From Candidatus Goldiibacteriota bacterium HGW-Goldbacteria-1 (lineage in GTDB: Bacteria; Oederibacteriota; PGYV01), in assembly GCA_002839855.1 (NCBI GenBank), contig PGYV01000009.1, positions 7,220 through 71,219 of the forward strand: a stretch of 64,000 nt of DNA, given 5' to 3'. Each line of letters opens with the position of its first letter. Position 1 is the stretch's first letter. The position numbers and the translations under genes were made by a program. Below the pieces are notes generated by a model. That model saw only the letters and a list, made by a program, of their open reading frames with translations. It was not told where the DNA came from and did not search any database. Positions 38,613 to 49,768 of this stretch are shown here, piece after piece.

Positions 38613-39050
38613 TTAGGCGCGTTTTTTTGTCTTACCCTTTGACTTTGGCTTTACCTTAATTACTTTTGAACTTTTATTAAGCGTATTTACAAGCAGCTGT
38701 ATTTTATCCGTGCTTTCAGCGCTTATTAAGTGCTGTATTTTGGAGGCTTCTTCTTTTGCCCTGTTTTCACCTGTTTTTACAGTGTTTTGAAGGAAGTCCA
38801 ATAGTATTTCATATTTGCGGTTTATGGCTTCTGCCGCCTGTTTACCGCGCGGGGTCAGGGTGATAAACCCGTAGCGCTCGTGCTGAATAAGCTCCGCCCT
38901 TTTAAGGTAGTTGACGGCGGATACCACGCTTGCTTTTCTCACTTCCATTTTACGCCCAATATCCGAAACCCTGGCTACCTTTTTTTCCTTTTCAAGCAGG
39001 TATATTATCTTTAAATAATCCGCCATGGCGGCAGACAGCTTATTTTCCAT
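38613..39050 (-). CDS. DtxR/MntR-family metal-dependent transcriptional regulator
   Basis: An N-terminal HTH is followed by a metal-site region (ADYLKIIYLLEKEKKVARVSDIGRKMEV...). Confidence 0.7.
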   Translation of the reverse strand: MENKLSAAMADYLKIIYLLEKEKKVARVSDIGRKMEVRKASVVSAVNYLKRAELIQHERYGFITLTPRGKQAAEAINRKYEILLDFLQNTVKTGENRAKEEASKIQHLISAESTDKIQLLVNTLNKSSKVIKVKPKSKGKTKKRA

Positions 39051-39142
39051 TTAAACCACCCTTTATTTGTTATATGAACCTAACAAGATTATATAAGATT
39101 AATAGGTTTACGTCAATGCGATGCAAGCTAAATTAAATACTG

Positions 39143-39991
39143 TTACTTTTCTGTATTCCTATATGCGTAAAGCAAAATGTCCTGAAATGTATTTTTTTTA
39201 AAAACAGGCAGTATATTGGTGCTTATCTGATACTTAAAACCGGCTTTAACCGCCTGATCAAGTATCACAGATGTTATTTCTTTGCTCATATCAATATTAT
39301 GGTGTATTTCTATCACCATCTCTTTAATTTCATTTATCTTTTTACTCGCTGTAATTTCATTCATCACAGCATCTTCAGCGCCTTCAATATCCATTTTTAA
39401 AAAATCAATTTTTTCATTTATATACGAAGAAAGCATTGCGGTTTTTACAGGCAATTTATTGCCTTTGCTGTTTCTGTTTTCCGATATACTCATCTGCAGA
39501 CTGCCTTTATTTTTATCAGGAATATAAAAATCAATTGTCTTTTCACTGTCATATAAAGCGGCATTTACAATTGTTGCATTATTAATGCCATTTATTTCTA
39601 CATTTTCTTTAAGCAGTCTGAATGTTTCCGGATCAGGTTCAAATGCAGTTATTTTCGCGTTTTTATACAGGTATTTGAAGTATAGAACAGACATCCCCAT
39701 ATTGCTGCCGCAGTCAAGTATTTTTGGAGCAGCCTCTTGGGTTTCAAAATAATACTGTTTTGTAAGAAATATTTCTTCAAATAATCCATAAAATGTATAA
39801 AACTCAAAAAAATTAACTTTAAATCCAAGAAATTTGGTTTTTAAAATTTTCAACCGCAGAAGTTTAACAAAAAATATGTATTTTAAGAACAGCCCGGTAT
39901 AAGTTGATGCCATTACAACCCTTTCTTTCCCTTTATAATTGCTGATTAACCTTTTAAAGTAGTAAAAAAACTCTCTAAATGCATATATCAT
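39143..39991 (-). CDS. FkbM-family methyltransferase
   Basis: The SAM motif ILDCGSNMGMS is present. The family size fits. Confidence 0.6.
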   Translation of the reverse strand: MIYAFREFFYYFKRLISNYKGKERVVMASTYTGLFLKYIFFVKLLRLKILKTKFLGFKVNFFEFYTFYGLFEEIFLTKQYYFETQEAAPKILDCGSNMGMSVLYFKYLYKNAKITAFEPDPETFRLLKENVEINGINNATIVNAALYDSEKTIDFYIPDKNKGSLQMSISENRNSKGNKLPVKTAMLSSYINEKIDFLKMDIEGAEDAVMNEITASKKINEIKEMVIEIHHNIDMSKEITSVILDQAVKAGFKYQISTNILPVFKKNTFQDILLYAYRNTEK

Positions 39992-40110
39992 TTCTCACCC
40001 CTGTCATTTATTAATAAAACCTTACATAAAAGGAGATGTGAAGTAAATATCCGGTATTGCGTACAATAAACCTAAAAATATAAACCCCCCGGCAAATATC
40101 AGGTTTGCCG

Positions 40111-41706
40111 CTATTGCCATCTGCGCTCCATTTTATATATTACAGTGCCGTAATACTTTTTTGTCTCTTTTATATTAAACCGGTCTTTAACCCATTTAAT
40201 TTCTTCCGCGTTTAAAGGTGATTCAAATTTATTTTTGGAATGCCACACACTGCCTGCGGGCAGCCACGGCTGTTTGATTCCGATACTGTCATCATTTACA
40301 AACCACACTTCCCTGTAATTTCTGATAATACCGGCAAGTTCATTTTCTGTTATAAGGTTTTTGTCTTCCCCGCCGCGTATTTCAAGTTTAAACTTTTTTA
40401 CCAGAATTTCGTCCCTGAACTTTTCCCATTTTACCCTTATGTTATATCTTAACCCTTTTTTCTTTGTTTCAGTTACTTTGCCTATGTACCTGTTTTCAAA
40501 ATTACTTCTGTGTTTAACCCTGTTATAAAATTCAAAGGCAGAATAGGAATTTATGCTGCTGTGAACGACAAACGCGCCTTCTTTTGCGTCTTTAACAAAT
40601 TCAGAATACTGTTTTTTATAATCAATCTTCCTGTATTTTTCATTTCCGTAATAATTATAAAAAGCCACGCCATAAAATATGAACATCACCGACAGCGCCA
40701 GTATAATGCCTTCTCTTGATAAATAAGATATGCCTATTGCTAAAAGCACAAGTACAAGCGCGCATAAAAGGATAAGCCCGCTTTCCGGATATATGAACCT
40801 GCCAAAAGCAGCTGCCAGCCACGGTATGACAAAATAAAGAAGAGTAACCCAGGAGATAACCGAAATAATTTTCATGTTCTTATGCCTGTATGTGAAAACC
40901 GCCATTATAATAAGGTAAAGGACTCCCGCAAAACCTATTCCGGAAATAAAATTAAAATCAGCCGTAAAGCCAAACAGATAATCCTTAAGCGCTATAAACG
41001 GCGCCAGCAGGGTATTTGCCTTTAAAACCACCCCTGAAACACCCTTTAAAAGAAAAGGCAATGCCGGCAGAATAAGGATAAGTATTATCACCTGCGCCTT
41101 TATCCACAGGTTTATCCTGATTTCATCCCTGTATTTTATGAAAATAAGCAGGTTAAAAATAATAAGAAGCACAGCGGTAAGGCTGTGGGTATATATTCCC
41201 ACTACCGACCATAAGACAAAAGGTTTCAGCAGAAAACTGTTGTACTTTACCGACATCAGAAAATAATATGTCAGAAGAAGGGAAACAAATAAAAACATAC
41301 TGAAAACCGCGGCTTCCTGCGAGTAATAAACAAGGTACGGGTTTAAAGCAAACAGAAAGAAAGCTGTAAGGCTTATTGTCTCGCTGAAAAACGCGCGCAC
41401 AAGGCGGTAAAACACAAGCATTGAGGCAATTGAAAATAAAAGCGGCAGCAGCCTTAATGATGTTTCCGAGTACCCGAAAATATTACAGGTAATATGCTGC
41501 ATCATGTAAAACAGAGGCGGATGCGGCTGTGACGCGAAACTGTTCCAGAAAACCGTAATTAAATTTGAATCTGCCGCGAAACGCGCGGTTATAAATTCAT
41601 CCGGCCCTATGCTTTGGCCTGAAATGCCGATTACCCTTAAAGCCGTCCCTGCCAGAAATAAAAGCACAAGATACAGCCCGCTGTTTGCGTTAATGTTCAG
41701 TTTCAT
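40111..41706 (-). CDS. ArnT/PMT-like (GT39/GT83) GT-C membrane glycosyltransferase
   Basis: A first-loop GPDE motif follows TM1. About 12 TM helices are present. A C-terminal soluble domain is present. Confidence 0.65.
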   Translation of the reverse strand: MKLNINANSGLYLVLLFLAGTALRVIGISGQSIGPDEFITARFAADSNLITVFWNSFASQPHPPLFYMMQHITCNIFGYSETSLRLLPLLFSIASMLVFYRLVRAFFSETISLTAFFLFALNPYLVYYSQEAAVFSMFLFVSLLLTYYFLMSVKYNSFLLKPFVLWSVVGIYTHSLTAVLLIIFNLLIFIKYRDEIRINLWIKAQVIILILILPALPFLLKGVSGVVLKANTLLAPFIALKDYLFGFTADFNFISGIGFAGVLYLIIMAVFTYRHKNMKIISVISWVTLLYFVIPWLAAAFGRFIYPESGLILLCALVLVLLAIGISYLSREGIILALSVMFIFYGVAFYNYYGNEKYRKIDYKKQYSEFVKDAKEGAFVVHSSINSYSAFEFYNRVKHRSNFENRYIGKVTETKKKGLRYNIRVKWEKFRDEILVKKFKLEIRGGEDKNLITENELAGIIRNYREVWFVNDDSIGIKQPWLPAGSVWHSKNKFESPLNAEEIKWVKDRFNIKETKKYYGTVIYKMERRWQ

Positions 41707-42847
41707 TTTTCACCGCTGATAGGTATATTTTTAATGTCTCCTGTGCTGTTTCTTTCCAGGAAAAAGTTTTTACCCTTTCAAGTCCAAGTTCCGTTAACGC
41801 TTTTCTTTTTGCCTCGCTTTTTTCCAGTTCTGTCATTGCCCTTACCATGTCTTCGGCGGAAAAAGGGTCAATGAACATGGCCGCATCCCCCGCCACCTCT
41901 TTTAAAGAGGTGTTGTCGGATGTAATTACAGGCAGGCCGCACGCGAAAGCTTCAAGCACCTGCAGGCCAAACCCTTCCCACATCGACGGAAAAAAGAAAA
42001 ATAAAGCGTTATTATACAGCATTACCATGTCATCATCCCCGACATATTCAGTTATGATTACATATTTTTCAAGATTCTTTTCCTTTATTACTTTTTCTAT
42101 ATTTGTGGTCTGAAGTTCTTTTTTCCCTATGGACGTGATAACCAGCTGGTATTTATACTCGCATATGTTATTAAAAAGGTTAAAAGCGTGAAGCGCGCGT
42201 TCGGTATTTTTTCTTAAATCCGCGGCAGCGCTTATCATTACATAAGGCTTGGTAATTTTATATTTTGCTTTTACTTTTTCGCTTCTGTTTTTGTCATTTA
42301 CTATTTTATATTTTTTATCAACGCCTTCTTTTATTACCGCAATCTTTTCTGCTTTAACACCCGCGTGCTTTATTATGTCGTTTTTTGAATACTCAGATAC
42401 GGTTATCACCTTATCCGCCGTCTTTCCGGATATGGGTATTGAAATCTTATTGTAAATATCCACCAGCCTCTGTTTTAAACTGGGTTTTAAAATGGCTTTT
42501 GTTATGGGCCTTATGAACATTGTATCGTGAATGGTCACCACTTTTTTGCCACGAAACAGCGGCATCATATATGGGATTGTGTTGTCCGTGCCGTGCAGAA
42601 CGTCTATTTTATCTTTTGCCGCGGCAAGAGGCAGGTGAAACTGTTCATACATAAATGCGTTAGTTGTGTTTAATCTGCGGATGACGCAGTTTTTTGCGGT
42701 GATAAGGTCGGCCAGCACGGTATTACGGTCAAGGTAAATAAAATAATGATTTTCCCTGTCTTCGGCAAGCAGATGGCTGAACAGGTTTGCAATATAGCGG
42801 CCCACTCCCCGCCTGTACATTATTCTGGCGTCTATCCCTATGCGCAT
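41690..42847 (-). CDS. glycosyltransferase family 4
   Basis: The GT-B fold is present with a C-terminal EGFGLQVLEAFACGLPVI motif. Confidence 0.8.
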   Translation of the reverse strand: MRIGIDARIMYRRGVGRYIANLFSHLLAEDRENHYFIYLDRNTVLADLITAKNCVIRRLNTTNAFMYEQFHLPLAAAKDKIDVLHGTDNTIPYMMPLFRGKKVVTIHDTMFIRPITKAILKPSLKQRLVDIYNKISIPISGKTADKVITVSEYSKNDIIKHAGVKAEKIAVIKEGVDKKYKIVNDKNRSEKVKAKYKITKPYVMISAAADLRKNTERALHAFNLFNNICEYKYQLVITSIGKKELQTTNIEKVIKEKNLEKYVIITEYVGDDDMVMLYNNALFFFFPSMWEGFGLQVLEAFACGLPVITSDNTSLKEVAGDAAMFIDPFSAEDMVRAMTELEKSEAKRKALTELGLERVKTFSWKETAQETLKIYLSAVKNETEH

Positions 42848-42869
42848 ATAATAAAATCCCTGTTGGTTT

Positions 42870-43619
42870 TCATTTCTTTCCCGTCACTATGAAACTTCCG
42901 CCTTTTTTATTTAGCAAAAGCGAACCTACAGCATCTGTCAGGTTAAGAAGCCCAAACACAAAACCCTGCGGCATTTTGCCAAGCGCGTCTTCAAGGCCAT
43001 ACGGCAGCCTTAAATAATTGGTGTTTATTATTTTAACAGACTGAAAACCGGCGTTTTTAAAAAGTTCAGCCGTTTCATCCGGGCTGAAGTTAAACAGGTG
43101 GTCTTTGTGTTCTTCTTCCAGCTGCTTTGCCTTTTTCTTAAATAATGCCTTATAATAAGAATTTTTATTGGTTAAAGTGACTATAAGGGAGCCGCCTGTA
43201 TTAAGCGCGGTATAAGCGTTTTTTATCACTGTCTGCGGCTCATAACAGTGGTCAAGCACCTCTTTTATAAGAACCGCGTCAAATTCATCTTTATATGTTA
43301 TTTCTTCCCCTGTACCCCTTTTAAGCTGGTATTCTTCTTCATTTATGTCAAATTCAAGCATAGCTTCAGAAGGTTCTATACCCACATACCTTTTAACAAT
43401 ATCCTTTACTTCCCCAAAAAACTCTCCCCTGCCCGCCCCGATATCCAGCATTGTGATATATCCGTTCTGTTCCACAACTTCATCAGCAATAATACGGCAT
43501 ATTTTTTTATTAAGCCTTACCCACCTTTTTTTCATAAGGGCATTGGCTTTATATTTTAGAAAATCCTTATCATCCCATTTTAACTGCGTCTCTTCCCACT
43601 GCTTTTTTTTGTCTTCCAA
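42870..43619 (-). CDS. class I SAM-dependent methyltransferase
   Basis: DIGAGRGEF motif I is present. Confidence 0.6.
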   Translation of the reverse strand: MEDKKKQWEETQLKWDDKDFLKYKANALMKKRWVRLNKKICRIIADEVVEQNGYITMLDIGAGRGEFFGEVKDIVKRYVGIEPSEAMLEFDINEEEYQLKRGTGEEITYKDEFDAVLIKEVLDHCYEPQTVIKNAYTALNTGGSLIVTLTNKNSYYKALFKKKAKQLEEEHKDHLFNFSPDETAELFKNAGFQSVKIINTNYLRLPYGLEDALGKMPQGFVFGLLNLTDAVGSLLLNKKGGSFIVTGKK

Positions 43620-43655
43620 AAAGCCCTCCGCTTGTCATTTAAATTTTCTAAAAAA

Positions 43656-44552
43656 TTACCGCTTTTTACGCGCACCAACAAAAAAACCGTTGCTTAACCC
43701 GAAAAGTTTCCACGGCAGCTCCAGAAATTCCATTACCGGCCGCAGTATGTAAAAAAAACGGTATACCGCCTTCTTTTTTCCGCCCGCTGTATCCACAGGC
43801 GTTTTTTTAACATTATTACCTTTCATTTTATTCCTCACCATTTTAAACAATAACTCATCCGCAAGCAACGTAAAAAAAGAGTGAAGAAACCCTATTTTAA
43901 CATCAGGGCAGCCAAGTTTATATACGGCATGTGCTGTTTTGTATGGCTCGGCAAACTGCTCCCTGAAATGGCCGCCTTCGGTATCCTGTCCAAGTTTTCC
44001 AAAGGTAATTAAACGCAGGAACCAGTGCCATGTGAATATATCCCTTTTGGAAATTGCATAAATTAAAAGTTTTCCTCCGGGTTTTAATACCCTAACCATT
44101 TCTGATAAAACCTTTTCCTTGCTTTCCACATGTTCCAGTACATCAAAAGAAACAACGGCATCAAAATAGTTTTTATCAAAAGGCATTTTTTCAAGCACGG
44201 AATTTTTGTAAGTTATTTTTTTTGAACCCGCTTCTTTGGCGCGCTGAAGCGCAAGTTTGGACAGGTCACAGCCATACCCTTTTATTTTGTACATTGCTTC
44301 CAGCTGATTAATAAGGACTCCGGGGCCGCACCCCGCGTCCAAAACTTTCATACCCGGCTTTAATTCAAGTTTTTCAAGTTCTTTAATATTACGGGCGGCT
44401 TTAAAACTTACGCCCAGCATCCTGTTATCACGCGCGTCAGCAACGTGGGATTTCATATATTCAATAAAAAACTTTTTATCTTCATATATAGGCCTGTATT
44501 CTTTGTCTTTGCCGTCATACAGGTCTTTTTGAATTTTTGTAATTTTTTTCAT
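43656..44552 (-). CDS. class I SAM-dependent methyltransferase
   Basis: LDAGCGPGVL motif I is present. The post-I acidic residue is present. Confidence 0.7.
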   Translation of the reverse strand: MKKITKIQKDLYDGKDKEYRPIYEDKKFFIEYMKSHVADARDNRMLGVSFKAARNIKELEKLELKPGMKVLDAGCGPGVLINQLEAMYKIKGYGCDLSKLALQRAKEAGSKKITYKNSVLEKMPFDKNYFDAVVSFDVLEHVESKEKVLSEMVRVLKPGGKLLIYAISKRDIFTWHWFLRLITFGKLGQDTEGGHFREQFAEPYKTAHAVYKLGCPDVKIGFLHSFFTLLADELLFKMVRNKMKGNNVKKTPVDTAGGKKKAVYRFFYILRPVMEFLELPWKLFGLSNGFFVGARKKR

Positions 44553-44581
44553 GATTGCCTCTCATGTCATTTTCCTGCTGC

Positions 44582-45652
44582 CTAAAACAGTTCGTCCTCT
44601 TTTACATACTGTATTATATTGTGTTTCTGTTTGTTTTTTAATATCCTGTCCGCAATAGAATGGATGAATTCCGGGGGAATTTCAAGGCATATCTTTCCCC
44701 TGTCGCATTCTGCCTGCTGGCACTTAGCGCACGGCACGTCTTTTGTGACTATGTATGAATTTTTACCCAAAGCACCCCACTCTTTATAATCCGCCGCGCC
44801 GGAAAAAACGGTAAGTGATTTCACGTTAAAAGCGGATGCAATATGCACAGCCGCGGAGTCATTGCCTATCACTATCTGCGCGCGCTTTATAAGCGAACCC
44901 ATCTCCCTTACTGTTATTATTCCCGAAAGGTTGACTATATTTTTGCCTTTAATTGACATTATATCGCCGTCTGTTTTATTGCCCACCACCACCACGTTGA
45001 TTTTTTTTGCAAGCATGGCCGCAAGGTTTCTGTAATTATCAATCCCCCAGTCCTTTGAAGAATGGCCGGAAACCGGGTGCAATACGGCGAATTTTTCCAC
45101 TTCGCCTTTTTTTAAAAGCCTTGTGATATTTTCTTCGCTCTGTTTTGACAGCGCAAAACCAAGTTTTACCGGGTATTTTTTTCCGGTAATACGCTGCAAA
45201 AATAAAATATGTTTTTCAGTTTCATGAATGTTTCTTTTGGGAGATGCCATTTTTCTGTTAATGCCAAAACCCGCCCCGTTTACATCATACCCGTATTTAT
45301 CGCGGGCATTTGAAAATGACAGTATTAAGGAGCTTAACCTGTCCTGCCACCTAAGCGAAATAAGCGTGTCAAAATGGTGTTTGTTTACATGTTTTAAAAC
45401 AGATAAAGCAGAACCCCACCTTTCAAACAGTGATTTCTTTTCATATGACAGCCATAATGGATTTATTACCTCTATTTTATCAAACAACCCAAGCCCTTCA
45501 AGCGCTTCTTTGCCCGCGGGGCTTAAAAAAGCGGTAATGTGCGCGTGTTTATAGTGCTGCCTTAAACCGAAAAAAAACGGAGACGCAAGTACTGCGTCTC
45601 CGATTCCGTCTGCTTTAATCACGCCTATCCTGATTTTACGGTTTTTTTCCAT
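44582..45652 (-). CDS. glycosyltransferase family 9 (heptosyltransferase-like)
   Basis: The N-terminal pattern IRIGVIKADGIGDAVLASPF is typical of GT9. Confidence 0.75.
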   Translation of the reverse strand: MEKNRKIRIGVIKADGIGDAVLASPFFFGLRQHYKHAHITAFLSPAGKEALEGLGLFDKIEVINPLWLSYEKKSLFERWGSALSVLKHVNKHHFDTLISLRWQDRLSSLILSFSNARDKYGYDVNGAGFGINRKMASPKRNIHETEKHILFLQRITGKKYPVKLGFALSKQSEENITRLLKKGEVEKFAVLHPVSGHSSKDWGIDNYRNLAAMLAKKINVVVVGNKTDGDIMSIKGKNIVNLSGIITVREMGSLIKRAQIVIGNDSAAVHIASAFNVKSLTVFSGAADYKEWGALGKNSYIVTKDVPCAKCQQAECDRGKICLEIPPEFIHSIADRILKNKQKHNIIQYVKEDELF

Positions 45653-45784
45653 TATGCTCCGTTTAAAAAATAGCGCTTTAACGAATTAAGCATTTAAGCT
45701 ATAGCGAGAACACTGCTGCTTTTCATATTTTTCTTTGCTTATCTTAATTGCTTAACTGCTTATATGTTTAATACGCTATTTTTT

Positions 45785-47527
45785 TTAGTCCATGAACCCT
45801 TTTAAGTTTTTTGCCCTTGCAGGGTGCCTTAATTTTCTTAACGCTTTTGCCTCTATCTGCCTTACGCGTTCGCGCGTAACCTTGAATATTTTTCCCACTT
45901 CTTCAAGGGTGTGCGGCACTCCGTCGCCTATTCCAAAACGCAGGCGCAGGACTTCCGCTTCCCTTTCCTTTAATGTATGCAGCACTTTTTCAATCTGTTC
46001 TTTTAACAGTACGTTAACCGCCGCTGCTGCCGGCGATATTGCGTCTTTATCTTCAATGAAATCGCCAAGGTGAGAATCTTTTTCCTCGCCTATGGGTGTT
46101 TCAAGCGAAATAGGGTGCTGTGATATTTTAAGCACAGAACGCACTTTTTCCGCGGACATACCCATTTTTTTTGCTATTTCTTCCGGCTTTGGTTCGCGGC
46201 CATACTGCTGCACAAACTGGCGCGCCACTTTATTTAGTTTATTTATGGTCTCTATCATGTGCACTGGTATGCGGATTGTGCGCGCCTGATCCGCGATAGC
46301 CCTTGTAATTGCCTGCCTTATCCACCATGTGGCGTAAGTGGAGAACTTATAGCCGCGCTTGTATTCAAACCGCTCTACAGCGCGCATTAGCCCAATATTT
46401 CCTTCCTGAATAAGATCAAGGAAAGACAGCCCTTTATTGATATACTTTTTTGCGATGGATACAACAAGCCTTAAATTGGCCACAACAAGTTCTTTTCTTG
46501 TTATGCGCGCTTCAAGCATATTCTTTTTTATCTTGTAGGCAATGGACTTTAAATCTTCCTTTTTCATCCCTACAAAATCTTCTTCCCGTTTAATGCTGTT
46601 TTTTATATCCTTTACTTCTTTTAAAACATCCGTGAACCTTGCCTTGTTCATTCTTTTCTTTTTTAAAAATTCATTAAGCTGTTTTCCGCCCCTGCCAAGC
46701 GAAACAAATTCTTCCGCTGTCTTGCCGTACTTCTTTTCATATACAAGCAGGTCGCGTTCATCCTTGTTTATTTTTCCCACAATACCCATTATCTTTTTGG
46801 CAATAAGGTTAATCTGCTCGTTATTAAGCTTAAGCATGTGCAGATCATCAAGTTTTTTACGGATATGCCTGTCGCGTACTTTTTCAAGTTTTTCTTTTCT
46901 GGCCGGGGTTAACCCCTTCTTTTGAAGCGCTGCTTTTACTTTTGCCGCTTCTTTTTCTTTTTTATCCGCGCTTTTAATATACTTGCTGAAACGGTCTATA
47001 AGCCTGCTTTCCACCGACGGCGGGATTTCCCCTTCAAGCTTTGTCTTGATTATATCAACTATTTTTATCGTGCCTGAATGAAGGTCATCGTCAAGCTTCT
47101 TTATTTCGTCATACCCTATCTTTGTGTCAAATATAATATTCTTTACGTTTATTTCCGCTGTCTCTATTTTCTTTGCTATCCTGACTTCGTCCTCACGGCG
47201 CTCTAAAAGCGGCACCTTTCCCATCTCGTGAAGGTACATCTGCACGGGGTCAGCCGAAAAACCGTCCGTGTCAGCTTCAAGATAGTCCACATCTTCCGCT
47301 TTTTCCGCAGGTTTTTCCGCGTTAACCGGCTGCTTGCCGTCTTCCTTTATTTCTATGTCAAACTCTTCCATGATATTAAGCATGTTATCAATGTCTTCAA
47401 CAGACGTAAAATCATTGGGAAGCGAATCGTTTAACTCTTCATAAGTTAAGAAACCTTTTTCTTTTCCTTTTTTTATCAGTTCCTGTACTGCCGGCATATT
47501 CTTTAAATTCTTACTCAAGATGTTCAC
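45785..47527 (-). CDS. rpoD: RNA polymerase sigma-70 factor RpoD
   Basis: Regions 1.2 through 4.2 are recognisable ([27 protein letters not shown]... region 4.2 [30 protein letters not shown]). Confidence 0.95.
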   Translation of the reverse strand: MNILSKNLKNMPAVQELIKKGKEKGFLTYEELNDSLPNDFTSVEDIDNMLNIMEEFDIEIKEDGKQPVNAEKPAEKAEDVDYLEADTDGFSADPVQMYLHEMGKVPLLERREDEVRIAKKIETAEINVKNIIFDTKIGYDEIKKLDDDLHSGTIKIVDIIKTKLEGEIPPSVESRLIDRFSKYIKSADKKEKEAAKVKAALQKKGLTPARKEKLEKVRDRHIRKKLDDLHMLKLNNEQINLIAKKIMGIVGKINKDERDLLVYEKKYGKTAEEFVSLGRGGKQLNEFLKKKRMNKARFTDVLKEVKDIKNSIKREEDFVGMKKEDLKSIAYKIKKNMLEARITRKELVVANLRLVVSIAKKYINKGLSFLDLIQEGNIGLMRAVERFEYKRGYKFSTYATWWIRQAITRAIADQARTIRIPVHMIETINKLNKVARQFVQQYGREPKPEEIAKKMGMSAEKVRSVLKISQHPISLETPIGEEKDSHLGDFIEDKDAISPAAAAVNVLLKEQIEKVLHTLKEREAEVLRLRFGIGDGVPHTLEEVGKIFKVTRERVRQIEAKALRKLRHPARAKNLKGFMD

Positions 47528-49319
47528 CTCTTTGGCTTAGTATGTTCTGAATTTCCTGCTTTTCCTTTATATACTGCGTTACCCTATCAAAATCTTTTTC
47601 CAGCTCTGCCTGCTTTATCTTTGCCTGCAGTTCGGCCAACTTTACCGTTACCTTGTCGCCAAGAATCCTGGCTAAACAGTCGTCCATCATATTCTTAATG
47701 TCTTCTGTGGCCGACTTTGCGGTATCGCGGCTTAACGCTTCAGAGATAAAAGCAATGGCGTCATTGTCCTGCCCGAAATCAATCTGCAGGCGCGACATCA
47801 CGTTTTTTTCACCCAAAGCATAAAGCTCTTCCGTCTTTTTTAATACCGCGGAATAAAGAGCGTTTAAAAAATCATCGTGTGCGATGCCTAACAGTTCGCG
47901 CTTGTTTGTCAGATGCCTTAAAAGGACATCACGATCGTCGCGCTCAAAGGCGCAAAGCGCGTAAACGGTCAACAGCCGCTCCGCTGATTCTCTTCCTTTC
48001 TCTTTCATTCCCGCCGGTTTTTTTTCTTCCGGCGCCTTAATTATTTCCGGTTCCTGTTTTTCTTTTCCGGAAACATATCTATCAATTATACCTTCCGGAA
48101 TGTCAAAAAGCAAAGAAGCGCGCTTTACGCACTCCCGCCTGATAACGGGGCTGTCGGCTTTCGCGATTAGGGAGGCAATCTCCCTTGCTGCCGTTTCCTT
48201 ATAATAAGGATTTTTTATATCACCCGCTTCTATCAGGCGCTGTACCCTGAAATCAAAAAACGGAACGGCTGAATCAATTCGTTTTTTGAATTCTTCAGCT
48301 CCGAACTTTTTGATGAACTCATCAGGGTCCTTTGCACCTTCAAAACTTACCACACCCGCGTCTATTCCCGCTTCAAAAAGATTGTCGCCTCCGCGCACTG
48401 CTCCGGCTTTGCCGGCTTCATCCATATCATAGATAAGGTACGCTTTCTGAGTGTATCTTTTTAAAAGCCTGGCCTGGTCGGGCGTTAAAGCCGTGCCTAA
48501 AGACGCGGCTGTATTTTTAAACCCGGCAGTGTACATTGCAATCGCGTCCATATACCCTTCGGTAATGTTCACGGAACCTGCCGCGTGTTTTCTTGCGTTA
48601 TTTAAATTATATAAGTTCTTTCCTTTTGAATACGCCGGTGTCTCGGCGGAATTAATGTATTTTGGCAGCGAATCATCAAGCACCCTTGCGCCAAACGCCA
48701 CAGGGTCGTTGTAGACATTCAGAATGGGAAATATTATCCTGTTTCTGAATACGTCATATCCGCCGCCTGTGTCGCCTTTCTTGCAAATCCAGGCTTTGTA
48801 TATAAGTTCTTCTGAATACCCTTTTGATTTTAACAGGCCGAATAATCCCGAACCCGGGGGCGCGTAGCCAAGCATAAATTCATCCACAGTTTCCTGTGAA
48901 ATACCGCGCGCCTTGATATATTCTTTGGCGGCAGGATTTTTTTCCAGGTTTTCCCTGAAATAATCCAAAGCTGCTTTATTGATGGCTATTATTTTTTCAC
49001 GCTCATCAAACTTTCCGCCCGTGTACTGCTGTTCTTCAATCTGTATGCCGGAGCGCCTTGCAAGAAGCCTTACCGCTTCCACAAAGTTCAGGTTCTCCTG
49101 TTTTTGAATGAACGTAAATACGTTTCCGCCGGCGCCGCAGCCAAAGCAGTGATATATCTGCTTGTCAGGGCTGACCATAAACGACGCGGTCTTTTCGCCG
49201 TGAAAAGGGCACCTTGCCTTAAAATTGCTCCCGGATTTCTTAAGTTCCAGATATTCGGAAAGCACTTCAACTATGTCGCTTGCGCTTTTTATGTCCTCTA
49301 TCTTTTCGGGCGGTATCAT
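47511..49319 (-). CDS. dnaG: DNA primase DnaG
   Basis: The zinc finger [13 protein letters not shown]...[14 protein letters not shown] is present. The TOPRIM motifs are present. Confidence 0.95.
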   Translation of the reverse strand: MIPPEKIEDIKSASDIVEVLSEYLELKKSGSNFKARCPFHGEKTASFMVSPDKQIYHCFGCGAGGNVFTFIQKQENLNFVEAVRLLARRSGIQIEEQQYTGGKFDEREKIIAINKAALDYFRENLEKNPAAKEYIKARGISQETVDEFMLGYAPPGSGLFGLLKSKGYSEELIYKAWICKKGDTGGGYDVFRNRIIFPILNVYNDPVAFGARVLDDSLPKYINSAETPAYSKGKNLYNLNNARKHAAGSVNITEGYMDAIAMYTAGFKNTAASLGTALTPDQARLLKRYTQKAYLIYDMDEAGKAGAVRGGDNLFEAGIDAGVVSFEGAKDPDEFIKKFGAEEFKKRIDSAVPFFDFRVQRLIEAGDIKNPYYKETAAREIASLIAKADSPVIRRECVKRASLLFDIPEGIIDRYVSGKEKQEPEIIKAPEEKKPAGMKEKGRESAERLLTVYALCAFERDDRDVLLRHLTNKRELLGIAHDDFLNALYSAVLKKTEELYALGEKNVMSRLQIDFGQDNDAIAFISEALSRDTAKSATEDIKNMMDDCLARILGDKVTVKLAELQAKIKQAELEKDFDRVTQYIKEKQEIQNILSQRGEHLE

Positions 49320-49768
49320 ATGTGTGAACCCGTTATTGCCTTTTCTACAGCGGTTAAAAGCCTGTTTTTATCCTCATCCGTAAAAGCATGCGGCCCTTTA
49401 ATTCTTATTTTTCCTGTTTTCTTTCTGCGCGACTTTTTTGCTTTTGACGCGGCTTCCATGGCGCCGCGCGCCGTGTCCGCGTCAAGCAGAAACCCGCGGC
49501 TGTTTATCGTAATTACGCCTTTGCCCTGCAGCACGTATGCCAGCGGGCTGTCCTGCGTTATGGCTATGTCGCCCGGCTGCGCTATGTTCATTATTTTTAT
49601 GTCCGCCGCCTGAGGCTCGCTTTCAACATTTATAATCTCTTCGCCGTCTTCTTTTTCCGTGTGGTGCGCAAAGCTCATTACCGACACCGCTTTTATTCCG
49701 CGCGCTTTGGCAAGTTTTATGATTTCTTTCCTGCAGGGCTGCGCGTCCGCGTCTATTACTATTTTCAC
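49316..49768 (-). CDS. YaiI/YqgV family protein (UPF0178)
   Basis: The N-terminal pattern MKIVIDADAQPCRKEII is characteristic. Confidence 0.7.
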   Translation of the reverse strand: MKIVIDADAQPCRKEIIKLAKARGIKAVSVMSFAHHTEKEDGEEIINVESEPQAADIKIMNIAQPGDIAITQDSPLAYVLQGKGVITINSRGFLLDADTARGAMEAASKAKKSRRKKTGKIRIKGPHAFTDEDKNRLLTAVEKAITGSHI

